A stretch of DNA of 61,032 nt, taken from contig CAIUGE010000102.1 of the NCBI GenBank assembly GCA_903898645.1, forward strand, positions 1 through 61,032, given 5' to 3'. The translations under genes were made by a program, and so were the position numbers. Shown here in pieces: positions 1 to 11,480 of this stretch. The number at the start of each line of letters is the position of its first letter. Within the stretch, counting starts at the first letter, position 1. This stretch comes from Oligoflexia bacterium. Lineage in GTDB: Bacteria; Bdellovibrionota; UBA1018. A model generated the notes under the pieces. That model saw only the letters and a list, made by a program, of their open reading frames with translations. It ran no database searches and was not told the DNA's origin.

Positions 1-148
1 AACTGCTGCACCTTGAAGTGGTTTGAACCCTGCGCCTGTACGCCGAGTCCGAGGGGCCCACCCTCATCTTTCCCATAGCTTGTCCACATCGTTAGTTGCT
101 CATTTCTAGCTCCTTCTTATGTGAGACTACGGCACACAAAACCCCACA

Positions 149-1663
149 TCAACCTGAAAAGCTATCGGCCACAGGACTGACACGAGAAATGACACGGGCT
201 GCTATTGAGCCTGCACTCAGTATCAGAAGACTTCTCTTCTTATCCTCTCCAATACTCACCTCAACAGCCTCAGCAATATCCTCAGTTAGCCCACCTGGAG
301 TATCCCTATAAAGAAACTCAGGAAGCTTGACTTTCTCAGATTCAGAAAAAGTCAATATACCTTCTACAGAATCAACAACAAGCCCAAAATGAATACCATT
401 TTTCTTAAACACGAGCACCTTTCCACAAGCACCCTGACTAGAACCCGATGCATAGAGCATTCTTGCATCTACAAGAGTTACCAGCGCCCCCCTGAGATTA
501 AGGATACCAAGAAAAGCCTCTGGAAGCCCCGGAGGCTGCAATAACGTTTTTGGATACTCTATAATCTCGCCCACTTCTCCAATTTCAATTGCATACATAT
601 TTTCAATTGTAAACGTTATATATGTCTTTCTTGTCATTGATCTAGCTTTTTTTGACGCATTTTTAAAGTTCTGAGTATGATACAAAACACTATGTCCATG
701 CGTCATTTCGGAAATTTCAGAATTCATAAAAATCTTACTATGATCTAACAGAATAACATCCTCTCGATCACTCTGTATAATGCACCCTAAAAACATCTCC
801 GATCTTTCATGACTCAATACAGGAAACGGAACAACCTCGTCTGAGAAATAAGAAATAATATTATCTACTGAATCAACAAGCAATCCAAAAAGCTCTGCCT
901 CAATCCTCATGACCACAACTCGCTGATCACCAAGCACAGCCTGCGAAGAACGATCTATCTCTCGATATCCAAGGAATGCAGAAAAATCAATGACCGGCAC
1001 AGTAGCTCCACGAAGATCAATGGTACCAATACAGTGATTCATCGCTAAAGAGGATTCGTTTACCTTGTCTGGTTTTATAATTTCCTGAATTTCATCAATT
1101 CCTAATGCACATCTAGATGGCCCCACAACAAACGAAATACTTTGTTTTCTCTGTCCTCGCCTACGGGCTACATCGTTTTTCAGACTCATCTGTGTTATCT
1201 CATTTTGACGAGGAATACTCTGGAGCTTAAAAAGACCAGAAACGTTCAAAATTTGCACGATTCTTTTGCCTTGTTCTTTTTTAAAAACCCCACTAATAAC
1301 ACTACAGTCAGACGTATCCTCAAAATCGCTTCGTTCATCTTCTTGACTTTTAAAAATCTCCCCAGTTCGATCAAGCAGTAACCCGACAGTATAGCCACCC
1401 ATCTCAACAATAGCAACCTTCTGCGTACTATCTAAAATTGAATCAGAAAGCCTCAAGATAGATTTAAGATCAATAACAGGAACAATTGATCCACGTAAAT
1501 TCAAAAGACCCTTCATGTATGACGGAGCTAGCGGCATAGTAGTGAACTTTTCAGGAGAATTCACCACTTCTTGAATATGCGTAACAGATAACGCAAACTC
1601 ACTTTCATTTAAAAAAAATGAACCAAAAATCGACCTCTCTTTTATCCTCTCTCTATTCTCCAT
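149..1663 (-). CDS. Chemotaxis coupling protein with three tandem CheW-like domains
   Basis: 504-aa ORF. The CheW signature occurs three times (LLNLRGSIVPVIDLKSIL, TIDLRGATVPVIDFSAFL, ILNLRGALVTLVDARMLY), each followed by a G[LF]L[LV]D core. The start overlaps the cheD stop by 11 nt. Confidence 0.85.
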   Translation of the reverse strand: MENRERIKERSIFGSFFLNESEFALSVTHIQEVVNSPEKFTTMPLAPSYMKGLLNLRGSIVPVIDLKSILRLSDSILDSTQKVAIVEMGGYTVGLLLDRTGEIFKSQEDERSDFEDTSDCSVISGVFKKEQGKRIVQILNVSGLFKLQSIPRQNEITQMSLKNDVARRRGQRKQSISFVVGPSRCALGIDEIQEIIKPDKVNESSLAMNHCIGTIDLRGATVPVIDFSAFLGYREIDRSSQAVLGDQRVVVMRIEAELFGLLVDSVDNIISYFSDEVVPFPVLSHERSEMFLGCIIQSDREDVILLDHSKIFMNSEISEMTHGHSVLYHTQNFKNASKKARSMTRKTYITFTIENMYAIEIGEVGEIIEYPKTLLQPPGLPEAFLGILNLRGALVTLVDARMLYASGSSQGACGKVLVFKKNGIHFGLVVDSVEGILTFSESEKVKLPEFLYRDTPGGLTEDIAEAVEVSIGEDKKRSLLILSAGSIAARVISRVSPVADSFSG

Positions 1664-2135
1664 ACACTCGCCTCTCTAGTCTTGGAATCTTCTCAATGTA
1701 AAATGAAAAATCAGATGCATTAAGAAAAAACTTACATCCACCAATACCACCAACTTCAGTACGAATTACCCTAATAGAGCGTTTACCTAATTCTTTTATT
1801 GCTACCTGTAAATTGCTTGACCCAATAAGACCAGAGGCTTCATTCGGCGCAGTCATGCTTCCTCCACCAGCCAGAACAGCTTCAATATCTACTATATTAT
1901 CATTAGTTATTTTCATTAAAGCAAGCAATGAAGGAATAGCTTTATCTACGAAACGACCGCTCATTGCAAATGACGGCACTGGGCTATTAGGCAAAAGGCA
2001 ATGTGCAAGTCCACATATTTTTTTTGATCTCCAAATAATCCCGATTCCAACACAAGATCCAAGAATGGTTGTAAGAATTTCTCCTTTTTTAGCAACCTTT
2101 ACCTCACCAATATGTACATGTATTTTTTTTATCAT
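1653..2135 (-). CDS. cheD: Chemoreceptor glutamine deamidase CheD
   Basis: 160-aa ORF with the CheD motifs TTILGSCVGIGI, CGLAHCLLP and VLAGGGSM. It sits inside the che operon. Confidence 0.85.
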   Translation of the reverse strand: MIKKIHVHIGEVKVAKKGEILTTILGSCVGIGIIWRSKKICGLAHCLLPNSPVPSFAMSGRFVDKAIPSLLALMKITNDNIVDIEAVLAGGGSMTAPNEASGLIGSSNLQVAIKELGKRSIRVIRTEVGGIGGCKFFLNASDFSFYIEKIPRLERRVYGE

Positions 2136-2146
2136 GTTATGTTGCC

Positions 2147-2980
2147 CTATCTTGAGTCAACCGAATAGATAAGTGGCTCCATATGATTAAAGCCAGTACG
2201 TATGTGCGACAACGATTCGGATTCTCCAATAATCAAAATACTCGACTTCTTCGCTCTTTCAAGAATTTTAATGAGCACAGACTCCTGGTCAGAAGGCGTA
2301 AAATAAATCAAAACGTTCCTGCACAAAACAAGATCAAAAAGACAATCATCTTTAAAAGAATTAAATAAGTTATGCTTGTGAAAATGAATATAAGAACGCA
2401 CTTCTTCCTTTACCACAAAACTACTTTCTACTGATTCCATATAGGCACTAAAAAGTCCTGGTCTAGAAACCCTAAAGGACTCAATAGATCTACCCGAGTA
2501 CTCGCCCCGCTTACACATTGTAACCATCTCTTGAGATATATCTGTCCCTACAATTTTGTAACGAAAATCTTTATTATTTTCTTTAAATGCTTGACATAAA
2601 ATACCTAATGAATGTGCCTCTTCTCCAGAAGAAGAAGCGGATGACCACGCTAAAAATACTTCATTTTTATGAGCTTCAAACCACTTTGGAAGAAATCTTT
2701 TTTCAATATATTCCCAAATTCTAGGTGTTCTAAAAAAAGATGTTTCATTAGTCGTTACAAGATCAATAAAATTCTCTTGCTCTTCTTTACTTGATCGAAC
2801 GAAATCAAGATAAGATATGTAAGTAGGCAAACAAAGTGCACGAATTCTCTTTCTTAATCGTCCTTGAACCATCGTTTTTCTGGTCGCTGCAATAGTAATT
2901 CCTGTCAACTGATGAATACACTCCAAGAATTGCCCAAAGCAATAATCATCCAGTACCTCTAAATTCGTCATGCAGTTCAC
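2147..2980 (-). CDS. cheR: Chemotaxis protein methyltransferase CheR
   Basis: 277-aa ORF with [10 protein letters not shown], the SAM-binding-like [17 protein letters not shown], and CRNVLIYF. The GTG at 2980 overlaps the MCP stop. An ATG at 2971 is an alternative start. Confidence 0.85.
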   Translation of the reverse strand: MNCMTNLEVLDDYCFGQFLECIHQLTGITIAATRKTMVQGRLRKRIRALCLPTYISYLDFVRSSKEEQENFIDLVTTNETSFFRTPRIWEYIEKRFLPKWFEAHKNEVFLAWSSASSSGEEAHSLGILCQAFKENNKDFRYKIVGTDISQEMVTMCKRGEYSGRSIESFRVSRPGLFSAYMESVESSFVVKEEVRSYIHFHKHNLFNSFKDDCLFDLVLCRNVLIYFTPSDQESVLIKILERAKKSSILIIGESESLSHIRTGFNHMEPLIYSVDSR

Positions 2981-4797
2981 ACAGCAAATTTCTTCAACAC
3001 AGACCGCAACTGCTCAGCACCCAAGCTAAGCTCTTTTGTCGATTGAGCAATCGAATCAGACGATGCAGCAGATTTTTCTGTCGCATCTGCCACTTGCTGA
3101 ATAGCTCCTGCAACATCCTTTGCTGCCGTTTGTTGCTCTTGCGCAGAAACAGCAATATCTGAAATTGCCTGCGTTGTTTTACCAACACCTTCAACAATTT
3201 TCTTGAAAGCAAATGCTGCCTCTTTAGAAACTGACCCACCCTGAGTCACTCTTTTTACCGATTCATTAATAAGTTTTGTTATATCTTTCGTAGCCTGAGA
3301 AGAGCGCTCAGCAAGCTTTCTTACTTCATCGGCAACGACAGAAAATCCAAGTCCATGCTCACCCGCTCTTGCTGCCTCGATTGCAGCGTTGAAAGCAAGG
3401 AGGTTTGTTTGGCTAGCGATTTCACTAATAACCTTAACAATCTCATTAATTTCTTCAGAAGACTTATTAATCATCTCCATAGCTTCGATAGATTTTGCAA
3501 TTGCCTGAGACCCAAGATCAGCTTCATGCTGCGTCTCCTTAGCTATCAAGTCTGCAGATTTACCATTTTGAGCAATTGAATCTATAGAGACACTTAATTC
3601 CTCAATTGACGCATTCATTTCTTCAGTCGTAGCTCCAAGCGATTGAGACTGGGACGCAACCTTGGTCGCCTGAGTTGCAATCTCCTGGGACTTAAGCGCC
3701 ACACGATCTGCAATTTTCGTCACCTCTTGCTCAACCTCAACCTTAGCACTTACATCTGTCGCAATTTTCACAACCTTAAGCACTCTTCCGACCTCATCAA
3801 CAACAGGTGCATAGGATCCCTGAATCCACACTTCTTTTCCAGATTTCGATATCCTCTTAAATATTCCAGACTGCGTCTTCCCTGCAGCTAGTTCAGTCCA
3901 AAAACGAGAATACTCTTGAGAGTTCACCAATGAGCGCTCACAAAAAAGACTATGATGTTTGCTTTGCATTTCCTCTTCAGTATAACCTAGAACATCTTGG
4001 AATAATTTATTAGACCTTAAAACCTTGCCTTTTGTGTCAAATTCAATATATGCATAAGACCCTTCAACTGCACGAAGCACTGCTTGCACATTCTGTCGCT
4101 CGTTCTCATACGCGGTGATATCATAACGCACACCAATATACTTTTCTGGTTTCCCATCCGAACCCACAAGAGGAGCAATCACAGCATCAACATAGTAGGC
4201 GGTGCCGTCTTTTGCTTTATTTTTAACGATTCCTCTAAAAATATCTCCTTGACCAATAGTGGCCCACAATTTTTTAAAAACCTCTTTTGACATATCAGGA
4301 TGTCGAATAAAGTTATGAGGCTTCCCTAAAAGCTCGTCCTTTGTATACTGAGAAATAGTTGTAAACTTTTCATTAGCACTCGTGATATTTCCATGTAAAT
4401 CAGACTCTGAAACAATGCTTGTTATATTCATGATGTCAGTTCGCACCTGAAGCTCAATCTTAATGGAATTAATATCAAATCCACGAAAAAAAACAACACC
4501 CTCATTTGATTTTAAAAGTGCTCCAATAAACCAGTGCGTTTTGCTGTCTTTTTTAATAAACGAACATTCGCAGACGCCTTTATTAATAAGAGATTCTAGC
4601 TTTTGTTTAGAAATATCAGAAAAAAACTTTCCTTTTATTTCATTAAATGTATAACCAAGTGTTTTGATAAAATTTTCATTTGCACCAGACAGCATTCCAT
4701 CAGAGGTGAAGACAGCAGTAACTTCAACACGATCAAAGGCCTCATCAGTAGGCATCACTTCAAGATTGATTTCTTGTAATTCTGTAACAGTCTGCAT
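2977..4797 (-). CDS. Soluble methyl-accepting chemotaxis protein with tandem PAS domains
   Basis: 606-aa ORF with no obvious TM segment. PAS-like repeats are present (e.g. [49 protein letters not shown]). The C-terminal signalling domain carries [40 protein letters not shown]. An AGGAGA Shine-Dalgarno lies about 7 nt upstream of the ATG. Confidence 0.88.
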   Translation of the reverse strand: MQTVTELQEINLEVMPTDEAFDRVEVTAVFTSDGMLSGANENFIKTLGYTFNEIKGKFFSDISKQKLESLINKGVCECSFIKKDSKTHWFIGALLKSNEGVVFFRGFDINSIKIELQVRTDIMNITSIVSESDLHGNITSANEKFTTISQYTKDELLGKPHNFIRHPDMSKEVFKKLWATIGQGDIFRGIVKNKAKDGTAYYVDAVIAPLVGSDGKPEKYIGVRYDITAYENERQNVQAVLRAVEGSYAYIEFDTKGKVLRSNKLFQDVLGYTEEEMQSKHHSLFCERSLVNSQEYSRFWTELAAGKTQSGIFKRISKSGKEVWIQGSYAPVVDEVGRVLKVVKIATDVSAKVEVEQEVTKIADRVALKSQEIATQATKVASQSQSLGATTEEMNASIEELSVSIDSIAQNGKSADLIAKETQHEADLGSQAIAKSIEAMEMINKSSEEINEIVKVISEIASQTNLLAFNAAIEAARAGEHGLGFSVVADEVRKLAERSSQATKDITKLINESVKRVTQGGSVSKEAAFAFKKIVEGVGKTTQAISDIAVSAQEQQTAAKDVAGAIQQVADATEKSAASSDSIAQSTKELSLGAEQLRSVLKKFAV

Positions 4798-4984
4798 GCA
4801 AGTTCTCCTATAAAACAGAGCACTATTGCGCTCTAGTATTTTTCATTCACTTAGACATGTCGGAAATGCTTAAAAAAAGCTAAATATATTAGATTGATGT
4901 ATCACATGTTACACAATACGATCACTTTGTCTATGTTGATGTGTAAAAAAAGCCACCCCCAACAAGAGAAGATGCGCCTTAATG

Positions 4985-5073
4985 TGGTGCCGAGGGCCGG
5001 ACTCGAACCGGCACGCTCCTTGCGAAGCTCAGGATTTTAAGTCCTGTGCGTCTACCTATTTCGCCACCCCGGC
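4985..5073 (-). tRNA. tRNA-Leu (anticodon UAA), CCA encoded
   Basis: The reverse complement folds as a cloverleaf. The acceptor pairs GCCGGGG/CCUCGGC, the anticodon arm is CAGGA-CUUAAAA-UCCUG, there is a long variable arm, the T-arm is GGUUCGAGUCC, and the 3-prime end is ACCA. Length is 89 nt. Confidence 0.93.
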
Positions 5074-5339
5074 ATGAAGATATGGGTTTTTACCAAAAGC
5101 GCCAAAGACGCCTGCCCGAGTACGCGTATCAAGTCCCGGCTTCAAATGGAAGCTCTTTTTTGCAACAAACAAAAATCTATGTACTCCGAGTGCTTTTTCC
5201 ACCTCAAGACACAAGCAAGACCCACTCCCTATCAGGGCAGATGAGCACTGCACGAGCCAAGGCTGCCACGTGAACTCAAACCCCCTCCTCAGGCCCAGAG
5301 AAGTACATCACCCTGCTCTCCTCATGATGCAACACCCTA

Positions 5340-7565
5340 TTATTTTGAATCCATATGCATTGCGCCTTCCCAATCGTCACCAGGAGGGCTTATCTGGTAC
5401 CCCTTTGTTCGCTCACGCATCATAGCGGCAGTCTTATCCCCTTGAGCAGCGCACACATCAAATAGATCAATTGCCTTCTCCCAGTGACGATGGCGGTATG
5501 CATCAAAAGCCTGAGCATAGATAGCACTAACCCCATAAAGATCAAGACCCATAATTTCGATAGCCTGAGTCTTCCCTTTGACACACACAAAATCAAGAGT
5601 CATAAATGCTTCTTGCATCATTGCTGCAGCAACCGTTGCACGTGTCGATAATAACGCTACACAGTATGTTTTTGTGAGACTTTCAAGCCGTGACGCCAAA
5701 TTAACATGATCCCCAATCACCGTGTAACTGAACGCCTGGTCAGAGCCCATGTTTCCAACATTCACAACACCAGAGTGCACCCCAATACCAATAGCTACAG
5801 AAACCCCATACTGCTGTGAAAATCTCTCCTTATGAAGCTCGAGAGCCTCGAGCATAGCTCGTGCCGCACGAAGCGCCTGGGCCGCATGATTCGCGACAGG
5901 GAGCGGTGCACCCCAAAACGCCATTAACGCATCACCAATATACTTATCAAGTGTCCCCTGGTGATCAAAAACAATTTTTGTCATGACACCAAGGTAATCA
6001 TTCAAAAATGCAGCAAGCTGCTTGGCATCCATTTTTTCAGAGAATGTCGTAAATCCGCGAATGTCTGAAAACAAAATAGTCAGCTCTTTTTTTTCACCAC
6101 CTAGGCGCAACTCTTCTGGATGTTCCATGAGGGCATCCACAACATGCGATGACACGTACTTCGAAAATGCCGATCGAACAAACTTTTTACTTGCTTCTTC
6201 ATGAAGATATTTTGAGACCATAAGAAGCGTAAAAATTCCAAGTAACTCGATATACAAAAATGCGGTATTAAGATTACTATTTGCGAATGAAAAAATACTC
6301 ACATCTCCAATCATCAAAAAGATCATTAATACAAGAAACGACCCTATAGAATACTTTGCTGTTAAACGCATCATCATGACGATAAAAAGACCACCAAGAA
6401 CAAGACAAGCAATCACAACAAAAAAAGCATCATCACTATAAGCGTTCGCCGAGAGCAGTGTATCAAGTGCAGCTGCATGCCCATAGACACCTGGCACATG
6501 AGGATTCAGAGGAAACCCCCGCATATCATAAACACCAATTGCTGAAACACCTAAAAATACATGAGCATCTTTCAAATCTTCAAATGGCTCATTTTTAGTC
6601 AGCACATCAAGAGCTGAAATAGTTTTATACTGATCAAAAGATCCTCGTACATGCATCTCGATTGCTCCCGACGCACTAACAGGGATCTGCTTCCCATCAA
6701 CCATAAGTTCCTGCATACCATAAGGTGAAAACCCTACTTCAATTTTTTTGCCTGCCGCCATTGCCATAGCTACTGACAAAGAAGGATACAGCTTTCCTCC
6801 TGCCATAGCCCCTAACATAAATCGTCTAATAATACCATCGCTGTCCAAAAGCGCATTCAAAATACCAACATAGGTCACTTTATCTTGAAATAGTGGAATA
6901 TTTTTTGTCGCCGCAACAAACGAATAAAGAGGAGTGCGATCAACCTGCAATGAAGGAATAGTAATTGTTTTCATTAATTGAATCGAATCTTGAAAGTACG
7001 CTTTTGATTCAGGATCCAACACTGCACACTCATCCGCTTTGTCATATGCAGGCTGACACACCATGTCAGAGACCCATCCGAGTACAATCTGATTGTGGTA
7101 TTTTGCCAATTCTTTTGCCAAAAAGAGATCTGTTTCAAATTGCGCAGTATCAATATTTTTCTGTGTTTTTAAATAGCTCTGAAGCTTTTCTGGGACTCGA
7201 ACATCTGTCTCAGAAAAAACAATATCAAGTGCAAGATAAGCAGCTTTTGATTGAAAAATCCTATCAATCAACACAGCCACAACATCCCGATGCCAAGGCC
7301 ATCGCCCTATCTTGTCGATTGATTCATTATCAACTGCAACAATAACAATTTTTTTATCAAAATTTTCTTTTTTCTTCCATGCAAGCTTTAGTCCTGTTAC
7401 AACCTGCACAAGAGGATCAAAAAACTCACTCACATGCTCAATCTTTCGCGCAACCCCATGATTCACATACATATGAGTACGACCGATTCGCACCTCATGC
7501 GTCAGAATGCACATAGAGGTACAAACAAGTACAATGCCCCAGGATACGAAAAAAGAAGACTTCAT
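5340..7565 (-). CDS. CHASE2 sensor domain-containing class III adenylate/guanylate cyclase
   Basis: 741-aa ORF. The N-terminal CHASE2-like region carries VAVDNESIDKIGRWPWHRDVVAVLIDRI and is followed by TM segments. The cyclase domain carries LTILFSDIRGFTTFSEKMD, KYIGDALMAFWGAP and YTVIGDHVNLASRLES. Confidence 0.88.
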   Translation of the reverse strand: MKSSFFVSWGIVLVCTSMCILTHEVRIGRTHMYVNHGVARKIEHVSEFFDPLVQVVTGLKLAWKKKENFDKKIVIVAVDNESIDKIGRWPWHRDVVAVLIDRIFQSKAAYLALDIVFSETDVRVPEKLQSYLKTQKNIDTAQFETDLFLAKELAKYHNQIVLGWVSDMVCQPAYDKADECAVLDPESKAYFQDSIQLMKTITIPSLQVDRTPLYSFVAATKNIPLFQDKVTYVGILNALLDSDGIIRRFMLGAMAGGKLYPSLSVAMAMAAGKKIEVGFSPYGMQELMVDGKQIPVSASGAIEMHVRGSFDQYKTISALDVLTKNEPFEDLKDAHVFLGVSAIGVYDMRGFPLNPHVPGVYGHAAALDTLLSANAYSDDAFFVVIACLVLGGLFIVMMMRLTAKYSIGSFLVLMIFLMIGDVSIFSFANSNLNTAFLYIELLGIFTLLMVSKYLHEEASKKFVRSAFSKYVSSHVVDALMEHPEELRLGGEKKELTILFSDIRGFTTFSEKMDAKQLAAFLNDYLGVMTKIVFDHQGTLDKYIGDALMAFWGAPLPVANHAAQALRAARAMLEALELHKERFSQQYGVSVAIGIGVHSGVVNVGNMGSDQAFSYTVIGDHVNLASRLESLTKTYCVALLSTRATVAAAMMQEAFMTLDFVCVKGKTQAIEIMGLDLYGVSAIYAQAFDAYRHRHWEKAIDLFDVCAAQGDKTAAMMRERTKGYQISPPGDDWEGAMHMDSK

Positions 7566-7627
7566 ACCATCATAGTCGGATACATTTCATTTTATCTTAT
7601 ACAAAACCGATACATTGTTGACATACT

Positions 7628-7981
7628 ATGAAAACTATCCTTATTGTTGATGATGAAGAGATGATCGTTGAAATTATCGAAGAATCACTCTCAGAGTTCC
7701 GTATCTTCACAGCGCTTAATGGAGAAAAGGCATGCAGCATCCTTCGTTCAGAAAGAATTGATTGCGTTCTCTGTGATCTTTCTCTGGGCGATATGTCCGG
7801 CATCGATGTCTATCATGTAGCCAAAAGTCTCACTCCATCTCCACAATTCATCTTCTTAACTGGTGGTGTCAATAATGAAAATCATCTTGCTTTTTTTAAA
7901 AAAGAAAATCCGCATACTCTTGAAAAACCAATTTCAATTGCTGATATTAGAAAAAAAATAAAAAGCGTGCTTTGTGTCTAA
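7628..7981 (+). CDS. Stand-alone response regulator receiver (CheY-like)
   Basis: 117-aa ORF with ILIVDDEE, the phospho-acceptor context VLCDLSLGDMSG, and FIFLTGG. There is no output domain. Confidence 0.8.
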   Translation: MKTILIVDDEEMIVEIIEESLSEFRIFTALNGEKACSILRSERIDCVLCDLSLGDMSGIDVYHVAKSLTPSPQFIFLTGGVNNENHLAFFKKENPHTLEKPISIADIRKKIKSVLCV

Positions 7982-9186
7982 AAAGCAAAGTACCCATTAG
8001 GGTATTCTGCACTTATTCCTTCAATAGCGGTCGCTATTTTACGTCCATAGAAAAAAGGAAAACCCCAATCAAACATAGGAAATCCAGCGCTTCCGCCATA
8101 AGCTGCCAAGAACGGAGCAACGAAAAAACTCGAATTAAATGTATCATTAGCATTTTCGATAGTAAAAGATACATTTTTTGTCACTACTGCATCATTCGAT
8201 ATAATGGTAGCCGTTTTTTTGACTGCGGATGATGGTGTAAAAAAATGACTAGCATTTTGCGACACTGATGCATCGGTCAAATCAATAGAGTTAGATCCGC
8301 TATCTAGAAAAGAACCACTTATGGTAACTCCATTGTAAATGGTTGTCAGATCTCCATAAGCATCCAGAGGGAAAATCGTTATGTCTGAAATAGTATTATT
8401 GGACTGCGTATTGATACCCAACACAAGAGCTCCTGTAGCAACCATACCATTCGCTGGCGTACTTGGCATCTCCAGCAACACTCCATTATTGTTAACCGGC
8501 AACAAGGAGACAGGGTTTGTTACCTGACTTGTGATACTTATCGACGCACTGACACACGAAGCACCTGTGCACGCATAGTACTGATGATTATTGACAATAT
8601 CGGCGCACTCAATCCCACAGTCAGCAGCCATAATACCAACGCCCAAAATACCATTAAAACCAGCACCAGATGGACTGATATCAGATCCAGTACATACAGA
8701 TGGCCTGGTCCCAAAAGAGCTATCGATCACCTGAATAGGCACCTCAACAGCCGACTCCCCCCCCAGGACAACATTTGCTAAACGAATATCTCCCCAATCA
8801 GATCCCGACCCAAACGTGACGCATTCTGCATAGACCCCTGAGTCTGCTGCAATACTCGGAAGCGTCACTGTGATAAGACTTTTAAAAATACGCAATCCCG
8901 CACTCCCTGTATCAACAAGGATATCGTCAATCGTTTGACATTGAGTAGGATCACTTATGGCACAGATCGTGACCGAAGTGCAGGGCTCATTCAAATAGCC
9001 ATTGTGACCACAAACACCCTGGTGAGCCACCTTCACCTTCATCACATTCGGCCCCGAAACATTCAGAGAGTACTGCTTTTGTTGCGACGCATTATTAGCG
9101 CAACCCACTAGAAGCAGAACACTAAAAATCCACATGAGACACACCTGGAGGCAAGAGCGACGGCACATATGCTTTTCCTCGAACAT
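7978..9186 (-). CDS. Lipoprotein, DUF3443-like with a pepsin-like two-lobe signature
   Basis: 402-aa ORF with lipobox LLLVGC. Two D[TS]GS motifs (VDTGSAGLRIF at about aa 92 and FLDSGSNS at about aa 295) lie about 200 aa apart. The start could be 9186, 9168 or 9135. The family name is recalled from memory, not searched. Confidence 0.5.
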   Translation of the reverse strand: MFEEKHMCRRSCLQVCLMWIFSVLLLVGCANNASQQKQYSLNVSGPNVMKVKVAHQGVCGHNGYLNEPCTSVTICAISDPTQCQTIDDILVDTGSAGLRIFKSLITVTLPSIAADSGVYAECVTFGSGSDWGDIRLANVVLGGESAVEVPIQVIDSSFGTRPSVCTGSDISPSGAGFNGILGVGIMAADCGIECADIVNNHQYYACTGASCVSASISITSQVTNPVSLLPVNNNGVLLEMPSTPANGMVATGALVLGINTQSNNTISDITIFPLDAYGDLTTIYNGVTISGSFLDSGSNSIDLTDASVSQNASHFFTPSSAVKKTATIISNDAVVTKNVSFTIENANDTFNSSFFVAPFLAAYGGSAGFPMFDWGFPFFYGRKIATAIEGISAEYPNGYFAF

Positions 9187-9499
9187 GATGCATACGCCCA
9201 GTCAATTCAAGAACAAGATCGTCCCCAACACCCCTCTTCACACTCCTATGAGGCACTAATCCTGGATCATTGTATTCACCTAAAATCTGTTGCAATTCAT
9301 AATGATGTTTACCTTCCCAACACACTGCAAAAATGATATTTTCCTGACCAAAAAACTCACGCAATTCACCAGACTCATAGGTACTGACAAGCACCCTATA
9401 GGCAGAATTACCTGAAAGCTCAACACGACGAGCATCCTGAACATTTGCAACGTTTTCACCAATAAAAGCATATGAAACAAGAGAAAATAAGAGCAGCAT
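9122..9499 (-). CDS. DUF2844-like small secreted protein, tandem copy 1
   Basis: 125-aa ORF with a hydrophobic leader and the C-terminal motif LVLELTGRMHHVRGKAYVPSLLPPGV. It is a paralog of the next gene, and its 3-prime end overlaps the DUF3443-like gene start. Confidence 0.5.
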   Translation of the reverse strand: MLLLFSLVSYAFIGENVANVQDARRVELSGNSAYRVLVSTYESGELREFFGQENIIFAVCWEGKHHYELQQILGEYNDPGLVPHRSVKRGVGDDLVLELTGRMHHVRGKAYVPSLLPPGVSHVDF

Positions 9500-9522
9500 A
9501 CCCCCTTATCGGCAGCAGAAAG

Positions 9523-9903
9523 CTAAAAATCCATAGGAGACACACCTGGAGGCAGGAGCGACAGAACATAAGCTCGTCCCCGGATAGATCGCCCACGTCC
9601 AGTCCATTCAAGAACCAGGTCGTCTCCGATACCCCGTCTCCCATGACAATAAGGCGTCAATTGTAAGTCATAATACACACCCATAGTCTCCCGGAACTCA
9701 TGGTGATGCCTACCTGTCCAGCGCACTGCAAAAATAATATCTTCTTCACCAAAAAACTCGCGCAACTCATAATGTCTCGTGATGCTGACAAGCACTTTAT
9801 AAGCAGGATTATCAGAAAGACTCATGCGACGCGCATCGCGAACATCAGCAACATCTTCACCTAGGTAGGCATACGAAATAAGTGAAAAAAGAAAAAGCAT
9901 CAC
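9523..9903 (-). CDS. DUF2844-like small secreted protein, tandem copy 2
   Basis: 126-aa ORF, collinear with copy 1 along its whole length (e.g. YELREFFGEEDIIFAVRW vs GELREFFGQENIIFAVCW). Confidence 0.5.
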   Translation of the reverse strand: MMLFLFSLISYAYLGEDVADVRDARRMSLSDNPAYKVLVSITRHYELREFFGEEDIIFAVRWTGRHHHEFRETMGVYYDLQLTPYCHGRRGIGDDLVLEWTGRGRSIRGRAYVLSLLPPGVSPMDF

Positions 9904-10059
9904 TCAGCCTTCACGACAAACAACATTGAGGATATTTTTAGGTATTCAATTTTGACACGTCGAGTCTTATTTTTTCCCGAACCACACATAAACTAGCCCC
10001 CACGCTATGTTACTAGAGACACATTGAAACAACTACTTCATTGAGCCTAAAATGAAAAT

Positions 10060-10513
<454 letters not shown>

Positions 10514-10556
10514 ATAGGAGCACTGAATCTATGTATATTGGTCTCAGATTGCAAGC

Positions 10557-11480
10557 TCAATAGAGCTCAACATCATCATTTTCTTGAAAATTTCCGCCTG
10601 TATGAAGCGTAGCAATCGCCGCATCATTACCAACAAACTCTAAGACCTCAAGAGTCCCCTTGAGTTGACCTGGCGACCGCCCCAAGTAAAGGCCATTTTG
10701 TGTATCATAGACATCCTCTCCTTGACTGAGCACTTTCAGGATATCACCCAGTGTCAATCCTGAAGCCTTACCAGCATTAAGCACATACTGCACGCCAAGT
10801 ACTTTAGCTATACGCCCCCTCCACACCATCTTATCCAAAGAGCGGAAGAAATTAGGAAGCATCTGAGCTACACTGTCCTGAATTGCCTCTTCAAAAAGCT
10901 CAGATCGCTGAGAATCTGGCTGACTGCTCATCGCTAAAGGCGACTGCTCGTTAACAAAATACTCATGGCTCTTCGCTTCTCCATGACAAGACAACGAAAT
11001 AAGCTCTCTACCAGTTTGCACATCAAAAAGTTTGGCATCCACCTCAAGAGAAGCGACTGCATCACGATCCCGAAAGAGTGTCGTATCCTGCGCCACTTGA
11101 CGCCTGAAATGAACCTTAGAAACTCGCCCTAAAACTACAGCAGAAACCCCTAATCGTCGCCCCTCCCTAACAAGCTGCTCCACTTTAATACGATCCCCAT
11201 CTAAAAAAACGTCTGTTGTCATATCAGAACGCATGTCAGCTTGCGCTAAAACCCGCAAAGAGGCCCCCAGTCCCCTGCGCATCTGCTCACTGGCATAGGC
11301 ACCGAGCTGTGAATCCAAAAGCGCCGTCTTATTGGCAAAGCTAAAAACCGCGCATCTCTTCTTCAACCCCCCGTCAGGCTCCTGCTGCACTTCAGGGTGA
11401 GCCAATGGCGCTAAAGTATGACCTACCTGTGGCAACTGGCATGCTGTAAAAAGCAGTAAAACAATGGGATACATATGCAA
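10557..11480 (-). CDS. Lipoprotein, CsgG/LpoB-like periplasmic scaffold fold (tentative)
   Basis: 307-aa ORF with lipobox LLFTAC. The pattern CAVFSFANKT...LGAYASEQMRRGL...GRRLGVSAVVLGRVSKV resembles CsgG-type lipoproteins. The C-terminal small beta domain carries LTLGDILKV. Confidence 0.4.
   Translation of the reverse strand: MHMYPIVLLLFTACQLPQVGHTLAPLAHPEVQQEPDGGLKKRCAVFSFANKTALLDSQLGAYASEQMRRGLGASLRVLAQADMRSDMTTDVFLDGDRIKVEQLVREGRRLGVSAVVLGRVSKVHFRRQVAQDTTLFRDRDAVASLEVDAKLFDVQTGRELISLSCHGEAKSHEYFVNEQSPLAMSSQPDSQRSELFEEAIQDSVAQMLPNFFRSLDKMVWRGRIAKVLGVQYVLNAGKASGLTLGDILKVLSQGEDVYDTQNGLYLGRSPGQLKGTLEVLEFVGNDAAIATLHTGGNFQENDDVELY

Larger units (their letters stand above)
9122..9903. repeat. 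Diverged tandem duplication, period about 401 bp
   Basis: 9122-9499 and 9523-9903 align at the nucleotide level (e.g. ctaaaaatccacatgagacacacctggaggcaagagcgac vs ctaaaaatccataggagacacacctggaggcaggagcgac). The second unit also carries a relic of the downstream lipoprotein leader. Confidence 0.8.
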
